Assembly: GCF_006345805.1 (NCBI RefSeq)
Contig: NC_043013.1
Location: 21,204,001-21,268,000, forward strand
DNA: 64,000 nt
Direction: 5' to 3'
Source of the DNA: Octopus sinensis
Lineage: Eukaryota
How positions within the stretch are numbered: the stretch's first letter is position 1; the number at the start of each line of letters is the position of its first letter. Positions 51,936-64,000 of the stretch are shown here, one piece after another. Under the pieces are notes generated by a model. That model was given only the letters and a program-made list of their open reading frames with translations, ran no database searches and was not told where the DNA came from. The translations under genes were made by a program, and so were the position numbers.

Positions 51936-53196
51936 CCTATTCATATTGAGTTAAACTACATTTTGATTAGTTTGATCTTGTATCTAATTCTTCAGAGTGT
52001 ATATAATCCTAGAACGGATTCGAACCAGGAACTTCTATTTCTCATCTAAGAGCATTGTGGTCGATATCAATAATGCCACTAGCGCGTTTATTGGTGTATT
52101 TTAAGCTGATATTGATGCATTGATAGAGTACAATGCGTATATATTGTGAGTTGTGCAATGAAGGCGATTGTTGTGGTACCTGTTTTTAATGGCGTTCACA
52201 ACGATTTTTATGCGCCTACCAATTTTCATTACTTTATATTATTAATCTTAAATATGTGCAGCTAAAATAGCTAAGTGATTTGAGACAATAGAGACCCGTT
52301 GGTCTAGAACACAGTGTTAGCCTGGTTCCCTTGCAGTGACAAGTTACTGATCTCCTAATAACATTTCCCTTTACATGGTCGTGAAGCATTTCAGAATTAA
52401 ATATCAACTCCGTTGATGTCAAGCTGTTCACAAGATGCGAACTGTTTGTGGTCTCAAAATAATAAATCTTTTATCTGTTGCTTGTGTCAGTTAAACTGCG
52501 GTCATACTGGCCTTGAAGAATTTAGTCGAACAAATCACCCCCTGTACTTATTAGTAATTATACAAAACCGAATACAGGCCACTTATTCTTATAGCATTCA
52601 TTTATACTAGGGTGGTACTGTTGTAAGTAGTCATCTCTGACAAACAGAACTAAATAGTATGTATAAGTATATTAAAATGGTGGAAGGCATTGAATTGTAG
52701 CAAGCGAGCATTGAATAATTGTTAGCAAAAGAACTGGGCCGATGAGAAGAATTGGTGTAAATTGTGTACAAGATACCTATTTTATGTTCCTTAAAGTTTT
52801 TTGTAATTGTCGTGGAGGGGTTGGGAGCCTATACACGGTACCCATATTGCAGGATTGATCTCATATTAATTCTATATTGATGACATTAGCTGATAGATTT
52901 TGGAGGAGCGACTACTAGTTTCTTGGTGCCTGGCATATGGGTGTAATCATTCTATGTTCGTGTTGGAAGACAGTGAGTGGCTGTATAAGCACACTATAGA
53001 TGTTGTGACTGTTTGACGGGTAGATAAGGAGGTCGAGCAGGGTGGTTATAATTTAAGGTTGAGGAGAGCACAGGCCTTGCGTTTCTTCATTCAAAAAAAT
53101 TACATATTTCATTTAAGTCATTATATTCTACATAGATTTGGTAACTGAGAAACAGTTTTCCAGCCAGCCAGAATTCTCTTAAAAAGTTGTTTAGTA

Positions 53197-53204
53197 ATAC
53201 ATAC

Positions 53205-53279
<75 letters not shown>

Positions 53280-53281
53280 AT

Positions 53282-53347
<66 letters not shown>

Positions 53348-53359
53348 ATATATATGTAT

Positions 53360-53416
<57 letters not shown>

Positions 53417-53420
53417 ATAT
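53197..53420. repeat. (TACA)n/(TA)n microsatellite
   Basis: Directly visible. Confidence 0.95.
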
Positions 53421-53845
53421 GGCGTGGTAAAAAGGAATGAAGTTAAAAGCTTTTCCGATTCACTATAGATAGTTGTAGCACAATTGTGATTGGTTTTAGT
53501 GATTCTTGTATTTTTGTTTCAGAGAATCTCGTAGTTCTTCCTTAAAATCTTGTTTTATCTATAAGAGGGGAAAAATACGTTATAAAGTAATGCTAGTTAC
53601 TATATAGTATCTTGTTCATGAATATAATGTAACTATCAAAATGATTTTGTGGAAAATAAATATACTTCCATGCTGCATAAGTTGACAGGTTTTATGAAGT
53701 ACTAAGCAGGCCAGGCAGCATAATTTATATGTGACAATAAAAGACAGTGAGAGCGGAGATAAGAAGAAATAATGGAAAAAAGCAATAGAACAGATTTCAT
53801 TATATACATATATAGATAGATAGATAGATATATACACACATATAC

Positions 53846-53918
<73 letters not shown>

Positions 53919-55196
53919 ATATCAGTAAGTAATGCTGAGTGTCTTGTTCAATGATGCAATGTTCGTCCATTGCAGTTCAAGTCGATTAAAGATTTTAATG
54001 GGAAATGTCGGTTCTAAGTAAAGAATTCTCTACGAAATGAATGTCGATAGTTAAATAGCTGAAATGTAAATAACAGGAGCAGCACAAAAGACAAATCCGT
54101 CAAGTGATTACAGAAACGTGGAATAACATTTATTGTTAAACGTTTTCAATCTACAACCTAATGCTTTGATGAGAATGAACGGATTATGGTTGAACGATTT
54201 AGAAATGGTAGTAAATCCAGTGTTTTGGGATTAGCGATTTGTTCGATACCATAAGATTAAGAAAATAGCTTTACACTTCCCCAATAATAGTCATAAGTTT
54301 CAGACAATAACACGTTATTTCTAAAATCGTGTTCAGTTCTGTGCAGCAGCGAAGTGATTAAGTTAGCGCACAACCGGATCGTTTGTTTCATTTGTCCAAT
54401 AAAGACTTAGGAATACTATAGGACAGAACTTCGCTCAAAGAAACACTCAGCGCTTCGCTAATAATGTTTGTGTCGGGGTGAATGCTTGGCTGAGTGGGTG
54501 AAGAGTACACTTTACAAACCACAAGATCCCAGGTTCGATACTGCTACATGATATGTTAAATAAAGAGTCTTCATTGTGGCTTCGTCGTCGACCTGAGCAT
54601 TACGAGTAAAATTTGGGAGACGGAGAGGATGGAGACCCGTCGGCTGGACGATGATCCAAAGGTTCAGCTTTGTTACGCTTGTATCTCACTGTTACTGCCT
54701 GAGAATTACATTTTCTCGCTTCACGTGGTGTCAAAAGAAAGCTCGGCCATGTATTGCAATTGATCTAACTGGAAGCTCACACATACGTAGAGGCAGAGAG
54801 ACTAGCAAAGAGGCAGACAAAGAAGCAAGCAGACCAAGCAGACAGAGAGGCAGATAGACGGACAGAGAATCAGAAAGGCAAACAAATAGGCATACACAAG
54901 CAGACAGACTCACAGACAAACAGACAGACTGCATTGCAGACAGACTGACAGAAAGTCAGACAGCGAGTCAAATAAACAAAGGCAGACAATCGGATAGACA
55001 GAGAGTCTGACAGACAAAGAAGCAGTCAGGGAGGCAAATACTGGGACACACAGATAGACAGAGGCTAACAAGAAGGTTAAGAGGTCGATAGGCAGGCCGA
55101 CAGACAGCTGGCAGGCAGAGAGAGGGACGGATAGATAACGAAGCAGAGAGGCTCAGAGATGGTGCAGACAATGTCTTTATTAACCCATGCTTCACC

Positions 55197-55279
55197 CCTT
55201 CCACGTGTTGGTCACCCGTGCCCCACCTTCCACGTGTCGGTCACCCGTGCCCCGCCTTCCACGTGTCGGTCTCCCCGTC
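55197..55279. repeat. 29-bp GC-rich minisatellite, about 3 units
   Basis: CCTTCCACGTGTYGGTCACCCGTGCCCCR starting at 55197, 55226 and 55255. Confidence 0.9.
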
Positions 55280-57299
55280 AGCCACTCTGGTAGTGCTGAG
55301 GTTGGTGATGGTTATCATAGTGTTGGTATTGTGGTGGTGATGTTGACGGTGCTTGTATTCTGATGGCAGTCAAAGTGGTGATGTTGGAATGCTGTTGGTG
55401 GTGTTGATACTCTGTGATGGCGGTGATGAGGATGCTGAGCGCAGTGATGCGGTGACGTCTTTGATGGAAGTGGTGTTCGCCATATTGGTGGCAATAATCG
55501 TGGTATCTAATATGATGGTATTACTGCTGGTGGTGGTGGTGGTAATGGTTGGGGTATTAGTAGCGTTGATGGTGGTAGTGGAATTCGCCAATGTTTTCAG
55601 AAGTGCTACCACGTGACTAAGATTGTTCTGTCACCGTCTCCTGTTTAATACACAAAACGGATGTTATTTGAAATAGACAGACAAATCGTGAAATTCTAGA
55701 GTTGCTTGTAATAAGAAACACCGCGTGAATGCTTATCTCGACATGCCATCATAATTAACATCATCGTTGTCGTCATCATCATCATCGTCGTCATCGTCGT
55801 CGTCAACATCATCATCATCATCATTGTCAGTAACGTTGTCATTGTTTTAGTGTTTTGGGGGGTGGTTTGGCTTTTTTTCCCTGTTAGACTAGATTATAGG
55901 GGTCGCAGCTAATATTATACCATCAGATTTGACAAGTGAAAAATCTCAATATATCTTCGGAATATGTAATATGTATTTTAAATGTCATCAAGACAGACTG
56001 AAACAAGATGACAAGATGGCGCTAGGTGACTGGAAGATGAGTATGAATTTGAAAACTAACATAACTGCATTATCTTTCGCCGTCTTTTTTTTTATTTTTT
56101 CATTCACAAAATACAGCAGTTTTTCAATAAAACAGACAATAGAAAGATATTTAATGCTATATAATATCTTTGCTACCAATTTTCCAAGTTCGGTGCAATA
56201 GATTTTGTTGAAGGAGAACCAAAATAAAATAAATAAAAATGCATGTTCTAATCTTAATTCTCTTTCCATTGAGATGACAATGAAGATTTTACTGTTTCTA
56301 AAATTCTAACATAACTACTTTACCCATAACTATATGTATATAATAGCTATTTTCAATTACCACGCGCTAATTATATATTGTGTTGTACGTTGTTATGTCA
56401 AGAGTTTTATTGACAGAAATGTAGTGGCTTATTTTTTTATATTTATATTCACTCCATAGATTTCTGTATTTTCTCTCTTCCATTAACTATTTCTATACTA
56501 GCTTGACATTTTTACAGCTGTTTTATTGATACTTTTTCTGTTAATATCACGAGGTTTAGGGTCGTTCAATCACAGATATCCCATTAAATTAACCAGTGAT
56601 AGCCAGTATTACTTTTAATAACATCATCTATTAATATTGTTACGAAAGAGTTTGACGCCAAAGGTTGGTAAAAAGACGAAGAACGCGTCTTTTAGAATTA
56701 GGTTATTCCCTGTCGCATTCTAGGCTCAAATCCCGTCTAAATAAGGAAATACATTATCTCATTGGGACTGAGAAATGTACTGGTTTTAGATTCTCTTCGC
56801 TTAAACCCTTTCCTTATTAATATTTATGTAACATTGACAAAATGACAAAGAGATAATGTAGTTTCAGTTACCAGTAGAAGCAGTTTCAATATTTTTGTGT
56901 ACGAGCAGGCAGAATCGTTAGCACGCTAGACAAAATGGTTTTAATATTGGTATGCTCGATCAAATCTGACTTAGAGCTAAACAACTTAGAGACAAACTAA
57001 GTCTAATAATTCATATATTTATTGCTCTTTAGTTTTGAATTCAACTCAATATTTCACTCTTTCAGCTTTACATACTATCCAACAAATTGGTAGAATTGTT
57101 AATGCAAGGTAGTATAATATTGTTGAATATCATTTTCTTTTAATAACTTATGATTTAATGACCTCATTTCATGTTAACACAACGCTAGGATATATGCTTA
57201 CAATGCTTGATGTTGTCTTTCTATGCTGGGACCAATTTAGTTGAATTCCAATGAAAGGAGAAGGAATGAAAAGGATATAAAATCTGGCGGAACTAGTTG

Positions 57300-57960
57300 A
57301 TTCAACAGAATGCCATACAAATGCTGGATATGAATGCAGAACACACAAACGTACAGTTGTAGAAGTTATTTGTTATACATTCTAATGAGGAACGGCAATG
57401 CATTGGCCTTTCAACGTCCTCATTGATTGGAGGATCACAAACAATTGTATAAGAATAATATAATTCATTACTTTGGATACGAATAATATAGTTTAAACGT
57501 TTGTAGATCATTGATTGGACAGAGGCATAAACCGGAAGAAAGTTCGAGAACTTAACTCTTCTTGAGATGGGGACAGTGGCAAACCATTGTGAATAGAAAT
57601 AGATAATTAAGGAGGGAACAGAAGTGAAAAGAAAGAGAAGTAGCTGGGACGAATGCGTCTAAATTACTAGTATAGTGTTAGTGAGGGTCACAGATGCGGA
57701 TAACTTTGTTCCAACGATGGGGAACACAGAGATAATAGAATAGATGAACAATTGGTAGCATTGTGTAGTGAAATTTTGTTTATCACGTGTGTGGTCATAC
57801 ACTGTGAAATTACATTCGTAGATACGAGATCGGTATTTCAAGTTAGAACATTTTACACCTAGTATAAGGTCAACAGTAATTTAGAGAGAACGAAGCCAAT
57901 TTTAGGTATTGTATTCTTGGCTCTGTCATAATTGTGTTGCTAGAGTTTATAAGAGAACTA
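57300..57960 (-). mobile_element. Decayed LINE ORF2 fragment
   Basis: Remnant (D)IS.AF..VWH near 57305-57335; composition similar to the other LINE relics. Confidence 0.45.
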
Positions 57961-58329
57961 TTAGACTTAGTTGAACGTATGATGGTATTTAACTGTGTCG
58001 CTGACAGACAGTAGGGTCTATGAACTAACTATAAATTTGGATTGATGATTTTGAATGATATTAAAGTCTAACATTCTCACCGAAAGGTATATTGCAAGTA
58101 TTTTAGTATTTTGTAGTCCTAAGTTCAGTTCTTCCTGTCTTGGACTGCGAAGAATTAAATTGACAATAAACAAATTATTTATAATTCACCTCCGACTGAA
58201 TCACTTATAAAAGTCTTTCGTAATAAAACTGAACTCACATTGCTAAAATTTGTTCTATTGGCTTACTGATTCCAAAGATTTTTTTAAATAATTGTATTCG
58301 TTCCCTTATCTCAATGATGGGGTCTTCCT

Positions 58330-58470
58330 TTTTTACCCCCATTTCACAAGGTTCGACTTTGATGGAAGCAGGTCGTACGTGGCTCGTATGATGAAGCTCA
58401 ACTTGAGTGATACCCGTTCCATGTAAACGACCTTTGTAATGACTCGTCCCAATTCATGCAATAACAGCCA
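58330..58470 (-). mobile_element. NeSL/Hero/R2-like retrotransposon fragment
   Basis: LSFIIRATYDLLPSKSNLVKWG, the segment that precedes the CCHC finger in RLE elements. Confidence 0.7.
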
Positions 58471-59517
58471 ATTCTTCCTCAAAATAACATTTATTAATGT
58501 AAAGAATTTCACATTGGACACTGTAGTCCTCTTTATACAAAAATCCAGAGTGTTTACGGCTGGAGCGTTTTGGTCGCCGGACTGCTCTCTCAGCTTACCA
58601 TGAGAATGAACATCATAAATTGAAGCTGTTAAAAGAAAACCCAGTATAAACTTTAATCATTTAAAATGGCAGAAAAAATGTGCCATCAATAGAGAGGAGT
58701 TGAATTGGTTTTTCTGAAAAGCTTACAAGGAAGTTAATAATTGATGAAATACAATAAAAACGGTATCTCGGTTGGTTTTCTTCTAGAATTTATTGCTAGA
58801 AGACCAAAAGGAATATAAATATTCTTTCAGAATCTATTTACCTATGTGAGAAATAAAATTCTATCGTAGTATGTCGGTTTAAGACTGAAGGCCATTGTTG
58901 CAAAAGTAATCTAATTTAAGACTTAACTGTGTATTACATTTGGAATCTCAGTATTCTTTAATTAGCTTCTTTCTAACATTATTAGACGAGGGGAACCATT
59001 TCCTTCGTCGTTCGTTTGCAGTTTTCCTTTTTAGATTAATGTGATTCGGGGAATATTACATTGTATCTGTTAATCAATGAACAAAAACACCTTCTAGCAA
59101 CGAGTTATTATATTAAGTAGCTTCTGTATTTGCCTCCAGGATCTTAGACACAGATCCACGGTTTCCACTACAACAAAAAAAAAAAAAAAAAGAACAAGAA
59201 AATATCTATTGCACCAAAATGTCAGTAAGACAGTCTTGTTGTTCTCCTGCTGGAGCAGAATCGATTCATGATGTAATTTTAAATTCTTATTACGCCACAG
59301 CAGCAATATCATCATCATCATCATCCTCACCATCACCATCACCACCACCATCATCATCATCATTATCATCATCTTCATTGTCACCGTCATCATCGTCGCC
59401 GTCAATAGCATTGTCGCCGTCATTGCAAAGAATATTCTGAACATTTTATCGACATTCTTCAATAAACACTTCAGTAAATAGACATTACATAAGATGATAT
59501 CTCTCTCCCTCTCTCTC

Positions 59518-59562
<45 letters not shown>

Positions 59563-59780
59563 CGCCGTTAATATATATAGACATTGCGTCTTTCTTAGTA
59601 CACTGGGATATCTAGTACTACGTGTTACTCAGCATTAGTACTCTGAGTTATGTAACAGTATTCGTATGACATTATTCCATGTGACACTAATGAATTAAAA
59701 TTGGTGTTCTGTATACATATGACTGTAATTCCTTAATTATACTGTTCTGCCAAATAGTTCTGTGTCATATTGAATGACCT

Positions 59781-59910
59781 CCAAGAGGGTGCTGAAAAGT
59801 TCCTGGTTTTAAGAGTCTCACGAAAGGAAGCCCAACCTTCTGTTCTTTTACAGGGCTTAGAAAAACTGAAGGGCCACTGCAATAAGTGTGTGAATATGAG
59901 AGGAGGAATA
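59781..59910 (+). mobile_element. Mariner-like relic
   Basis: GAGGGTGCTGAAAAGTTCCTGG resembles a mariner TIR; AATAAGTGTGTGAATATGAGAGGAGGAATAT resembles the transposase end (KCV...GEY). Confidence 0.5.
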
Positions 59911-59912
59911 TA

Positions 59913-60518
59913 TCTACATATATAAACGGCAAAATGTTAGTCTGTCTGTGTGTATATCCTTTATACAAATCCACAATTTTTCAGTTAGAGGGCTGGCATT
60001 TTCTATGGTCACTCAAACCCGTCCAAGGGTGGTCGTGCACATCTTTACATTTCCCCAGTCACCCCGCAAAGCCATTAAAAAATCAATAGAAGTGACATTT
60101 TGTGAATTTTCTATCCAAAATTCCAATCAAAATGCCCGAAACTTGATACGCCAATTGAATGCCAGCTAGCTGTATGTGATTGGTCGGAGATTTGGACAGT
60201 ACTCGCGTGTATGTGCGCACGCACACAGCTGTATATGCATGCACTAGCACTATGACCCGGCTTTGCGGGGTGACTGGGGAAATGTAAAGATGTGCACGAC
60301 CACCCTTGGACGGGTTTGAGTGACCATAGAAAATGCGAGCCCTCTAACTGAAAAATTGTGGATTTGTATTAAGGATATACACACAGACAGACAAACATTT
60401 TGCCGTTATATATGTAGATATATTCCTCCTCTCATATTCACACACTTATTGCAGTGGCCCTTCAGTTTTCTAAGCCCTGTAAAAGAACACAGAAGGTTGG
60501 GCTTCCTTTCGTGCTAGT
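59913..60518. mobile_element. Rearranged non-autonomous Helitron with fold-back duplication
   Basis: A|TC start at 59913; minus-strand hairpin plus CTAG at 60244-60270; plus-strand GTGCTAGT at 60511-60518; inverted arms 59819-60073 and 60259-60513. Confidence 0.7.
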
Positions 60519-61045
60519 GTTGAATAAAATCATAACTGATCCTCCTGTGTTTTCTTTCTCTTTTCAGTACTCTTCCACCACCCCATATTTAACATCATCA
60601 GTTATTTTCTACCCTCTGCATGTTCAATACCACTTATCACCATCGCACTCTTTCTTCTGCTGTCTTTATTCATTTGCTATTTTAAGTCCGTCCTACACTT
60701 CACTTTCAGCGACATAATTCTTGTTTTTTCTTATCCTTTCCATTCAATTTTTCCTTCCATAAGCTGCCTATCATTTCGTTCCAATTTAATGTCTAGAATA
60801 TTTTAGTTTTCTCTTTCATTGTGTCTAATAATATATTCTTACCTTTTGATTTTGTTTGTATTTCGACGATGGATTTTTAAAACCTCATTTCCACGTCCAC
60901 ATTTCAAAGACTTGTCATCTATTTGCCCATGTTTCAGTAGTCTACGTAACATTTTAACACTGACTTCCTGCTTTCGATCTTAATGTTTCCTGAAACTAGT
61001 ACGCATCTTATTATACCGTGTTTACTCCTCTGTACAGTAATCTCT

Positions 61046-61261
61046 CTCTTTACTCTTTTACTCTTTTACTTGTTTCAGTCATTTGACTGCGGCCATGCTG
61101 GAGCACCGCCTTTAGTCGAGCAAATCGACCCCGGGTCTTATTCTTTGTAAGCCCAGTACTTATTCCATCGATCTCTTTTGCCGAACCGCTAAGTGACGGG
61201 GACATAAACACACCAGCATCGGTTGTCAAGCAATGCTAGGGGGACAAACACACACACACAA

Positions 61262-61292
<31 letters not shown>

Positions 61293-61445
61293 CATATATA
61301 CGACAGGCTTCTTTCAGTTTCCGTCTACCAAATCCACTCACAAGGCATTGGTCGGCCCGGGGCTCTAGCGGAAGACACTTGCCGAAGATGCCACGCAGTG
61401 GGACTGAACCCGGAACCATGTGGTTGGTTAGCAAGCTACTTACTT
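61046..61445 (-). mobile_element. Family A SINE, near full length
   Basis: Near-identical to 7718-8145. Confidence 0.9.
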
Positions 61446-62334
61446 ATATATATATATTAATTGATACCAGTAATGCACGGGTGTCGAATAAAGTCGTTTA
61501 TTTTACTGAATTTAGTCTGAATTAATTATGTTTAGAGAACAGTTATAGTTTACTGAGGTTATGGGGATTGATGCTGAGCTATCTCTTGAAACGTTTAATA
61601 TAGAAATCTCTGGAAAGAACAAGGGGAATGTTGTTGACCGATGCCAAGTAGCAGTCTTCTAGTCTGTAACCAGCGATTCTATTACCAGTTTGTACTAATT
61701 TCAGAGGCGATAAACTAAATTTTGAAACTTATGTTTCTTGACCTCACACATACACCAATCAACAATCCTGATAGCTATGATATAACTTTATAGATGTACT
61801 CTAGTTTAAGGAAATTAATATCACTTTTTTATTAGAACATGAGCTGCTGACTGAGAGAAGAGAATACGTAACCAAATGCTAACCAAGTGCTGATTTATAT
61901 CTTGTCTTATGTTCAGAAGATGTGATAATTTCCGTTATAGCATTAGTAAAGTTTCAATGTCTGTACATCCACTTTCGTAAAAGAAAATGTGATTACGCCT
62001 TGTAAAAAAGATATTTTCGTTTCAATTTAAACTACTCAATTGCAAATGTATAAATGGTACATATAGTCTAGAAACCTTGCAATGAATGAAAGCAAAATTA
62101 CTAAGGAATTAAATTCGAAACTGTGATGCAGCATAGAGTATCAATAGAGTATCAATGAATAGCATTGAGTATCAATCCCAGCAATCTACTCATTAAATCA
62201 TAATCATATTATAATGCTTGACTGAAGTAGAATGAACATGACAAATGGACATGACAAATTGGGATGTTCATTGTTACTAGAATTAACCGTTTCTATTACT
62301 TTATCTTCTTTTGGCTACGTTAAACACGATGACT

Positions 62335-63151
62335 TCTGGCTTGGGAATTTCTCCAGTGTGGGTATTGAGCGGGATCCCTGGCCCTAATTCTGGCGGCTCT
62401 TGAGGTGGAGAGCGGTTAAGTGTTTCTTGGAAGTATTCCTTCCATTTCACTAGTTTGTCCTCAATGGAAGTTAGCAACCGTCCGGCCTTGTCCTTTACTG
62501 GTCTGACGGGGTTGCCTCTCCTTCCACTCAGCAGCCTTATTGTTGCATGTAGTGCCATCAAGTCTCCTTTCTTCGCTGCTGTTTCCGCTTCGTCGGCCGC
62601 TTCATTGAAGTGTGTTCTTCTGTCTCTTCTTAGTTTCTTCTTGACTTCTCTCACCACCTCACTATACTTACTTCGAGTAAGTGGTTCGACAGAGTGCCAA
62701 ACACCGACCTGTGGGAAAGGGCCAACCAGGAGCCCTTACATGTTCAGATTAGACGAAGGAAATGGAGGTGGATCGGACACACCCTGCGGAAAGAACCCTC
62801 AAATGTGACACAACAAGCACTTGACTGGAATGCGCAGGGGAAAAGGAAGCGGGGACGCCCGATGCAGACATGGAAGTGGAGCATGTTGGACAAGCTCAGG
62901 ACCACCGGCCTGACATGAGAAGCAACCAAGAAACACGCCAATGACCGCAAAAAGTGGAAAACAGCAGGATGGACTCCAGTTAGCAAATAATTTAAAGTGA
63001 CCGAAGGTGTATACCACGTGCCCCTGATATTGCTACGGAGAGCAGTGACCTTTAGTGATATTTATTAGTCTTTAATGACGTAATAATGACACGATGTCGC
63101 AGTTGTTGAGGCCCTATGCTCCACAAGGGGCAAAAAACGATTAAGAAGAAG
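62335..63151 (+). mobile_element. RTE LINE with 5' inversion, internal deletion, (AAG)n tail and 13-bp TSD
   Basis: Minus segment 62335-62665 (EAETAAKKGDL...PVKDKAGRLLT...WKEYFQETLN); plus segment 62680-63151 (RRRKWRWIGHTLRK...GKRKRGRP...VVEALCSTRG); AAACACGATGACT 62322-62334 vs AAACACGGTGACT 63152-63164. Confidence 0.9.
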
Positions 63152-63339
63152 AAACACGGTGACTAAATATACCACATATCCCGTTACTTATAGAATGTCT
63201 GCGACATCGTGTCATTATTACGTCATTAAAGACTAATAAATATCACTAAAGGTCACTGCTCTCCGTAGCAATATCAGGGGCACGTGGTATACACCTTCGG
63301 TCACTTCAAACGCATAAGCAACATCATAAAGACGTGAGT

Positions 63340-63595
63340 ATGTGTATGAGTGTGTATGTGTGTGAGTGTGTTTGTGTGTGTGTGTGTGTGAGTGAGAGAG
63401 AGAGAGAACCCCCACCACGGCTTCACAACTACTGTGGGTGAGTTTACATCCTAGTAACTTAGTGACTCGGCTTAAGAGACCGATACAATAAGTAGCAGCC
63501 TTTAAAAGTTAAAGGCTTGGGTCGATTTATTGCACTAAACCCCTAAAGGTGGTGCCCCAGTATTGCCGCGATCTAATAAGTGAAACTAGTAAAAT
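63340..63595 (+). mobile_element. Family A SINE 3' half, diverged
   Basis: TAACTTAGTGACTCGGC...GGTGGTGCCCCAGTATTGCCGC. Confidence 0.65.
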
Positions 63596-63624
63596 ATTAT
63601 ACATAACGTCACAAATAATCGTAT

Positions 63625-63750
63625 ATATTATATAAAGTCACATCTAATTATATAAAATATATTAAGTCACGTCTAATTATATATAATATATAAAGCCACA
63701 TCTAATTATATAAAATATATAGAGCCACATCTAATCGCGTATAATATATA
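63625..63750. repeat. AT-rich minisatellite, about 28-bp unit x4
   Basis: ATATAAAGYCACATCTAATTATATAAA repeated. Confidence 0.85.
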
Positions 63751-64000
63751 AAATACTATATTTCTTGCAGCAATCAGGAATGAATTTCAATTATTTCTGA
63801 TAAAGCAAATAAAATGTTAGAAGTTTTTAAAAACATCTCATTCTGTTTGTTCTTTTTAAATTATTTGCTAACTGGAGTCCATCCTGCTGTTGTGTCTGTT
63901 AACAATAAAGCGACCGATACACCGCGAGCAGCGTCGATTACGTCAGATTGAACTGAAGATGATTTTCGACTAGAAAATTACTTAAAAAGTGAACTATATT

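Noticed and set aside
55353-55616. Hydrophobic or Thr-rich ORFs resembling a membrane protein or mucin
   Set aside because: Degenerate (GGT/GAT)n trinucleotide repeat; the same applies to 59094-59462

Overview
AT-rich, repeat-dominated metazoan DNA. The tRNA-derived SINE families and microsatellite load look like an octopod cephalopod genome (inference), and the window is intronic or intergenic. I found no credible host exon, and nearly all listed ORFs are microsatellite artefacts or transposon relics. Contents: at least four SINE families (some with intact TSDs), decayed APE-type LINEs, RTE elements, R4/Dong-like RLE retrotransposons nested in (TAA)n tracts, a CRE-like fragment, Helitrons, and Penelope-type sequences in (TA)n tracts. 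The highlight is a non-coding element with a 565-nt repeat unit at 44821-45762, carrying a structurally intact type I hammerhead ribozyme on the minus strand (45013-45075). It is present as about 1.37 tandem units plus a 5' inversion, which fits a retrozyme or circular-RNA-derived insertion. It lies about 150 bp from a 1.06-kb palindrome built from a Penelope GIY-YIG endonuclease 3' end. Several degenerate hammerhead motifs and many template-switch fold-backs occur elsewhere in the window.
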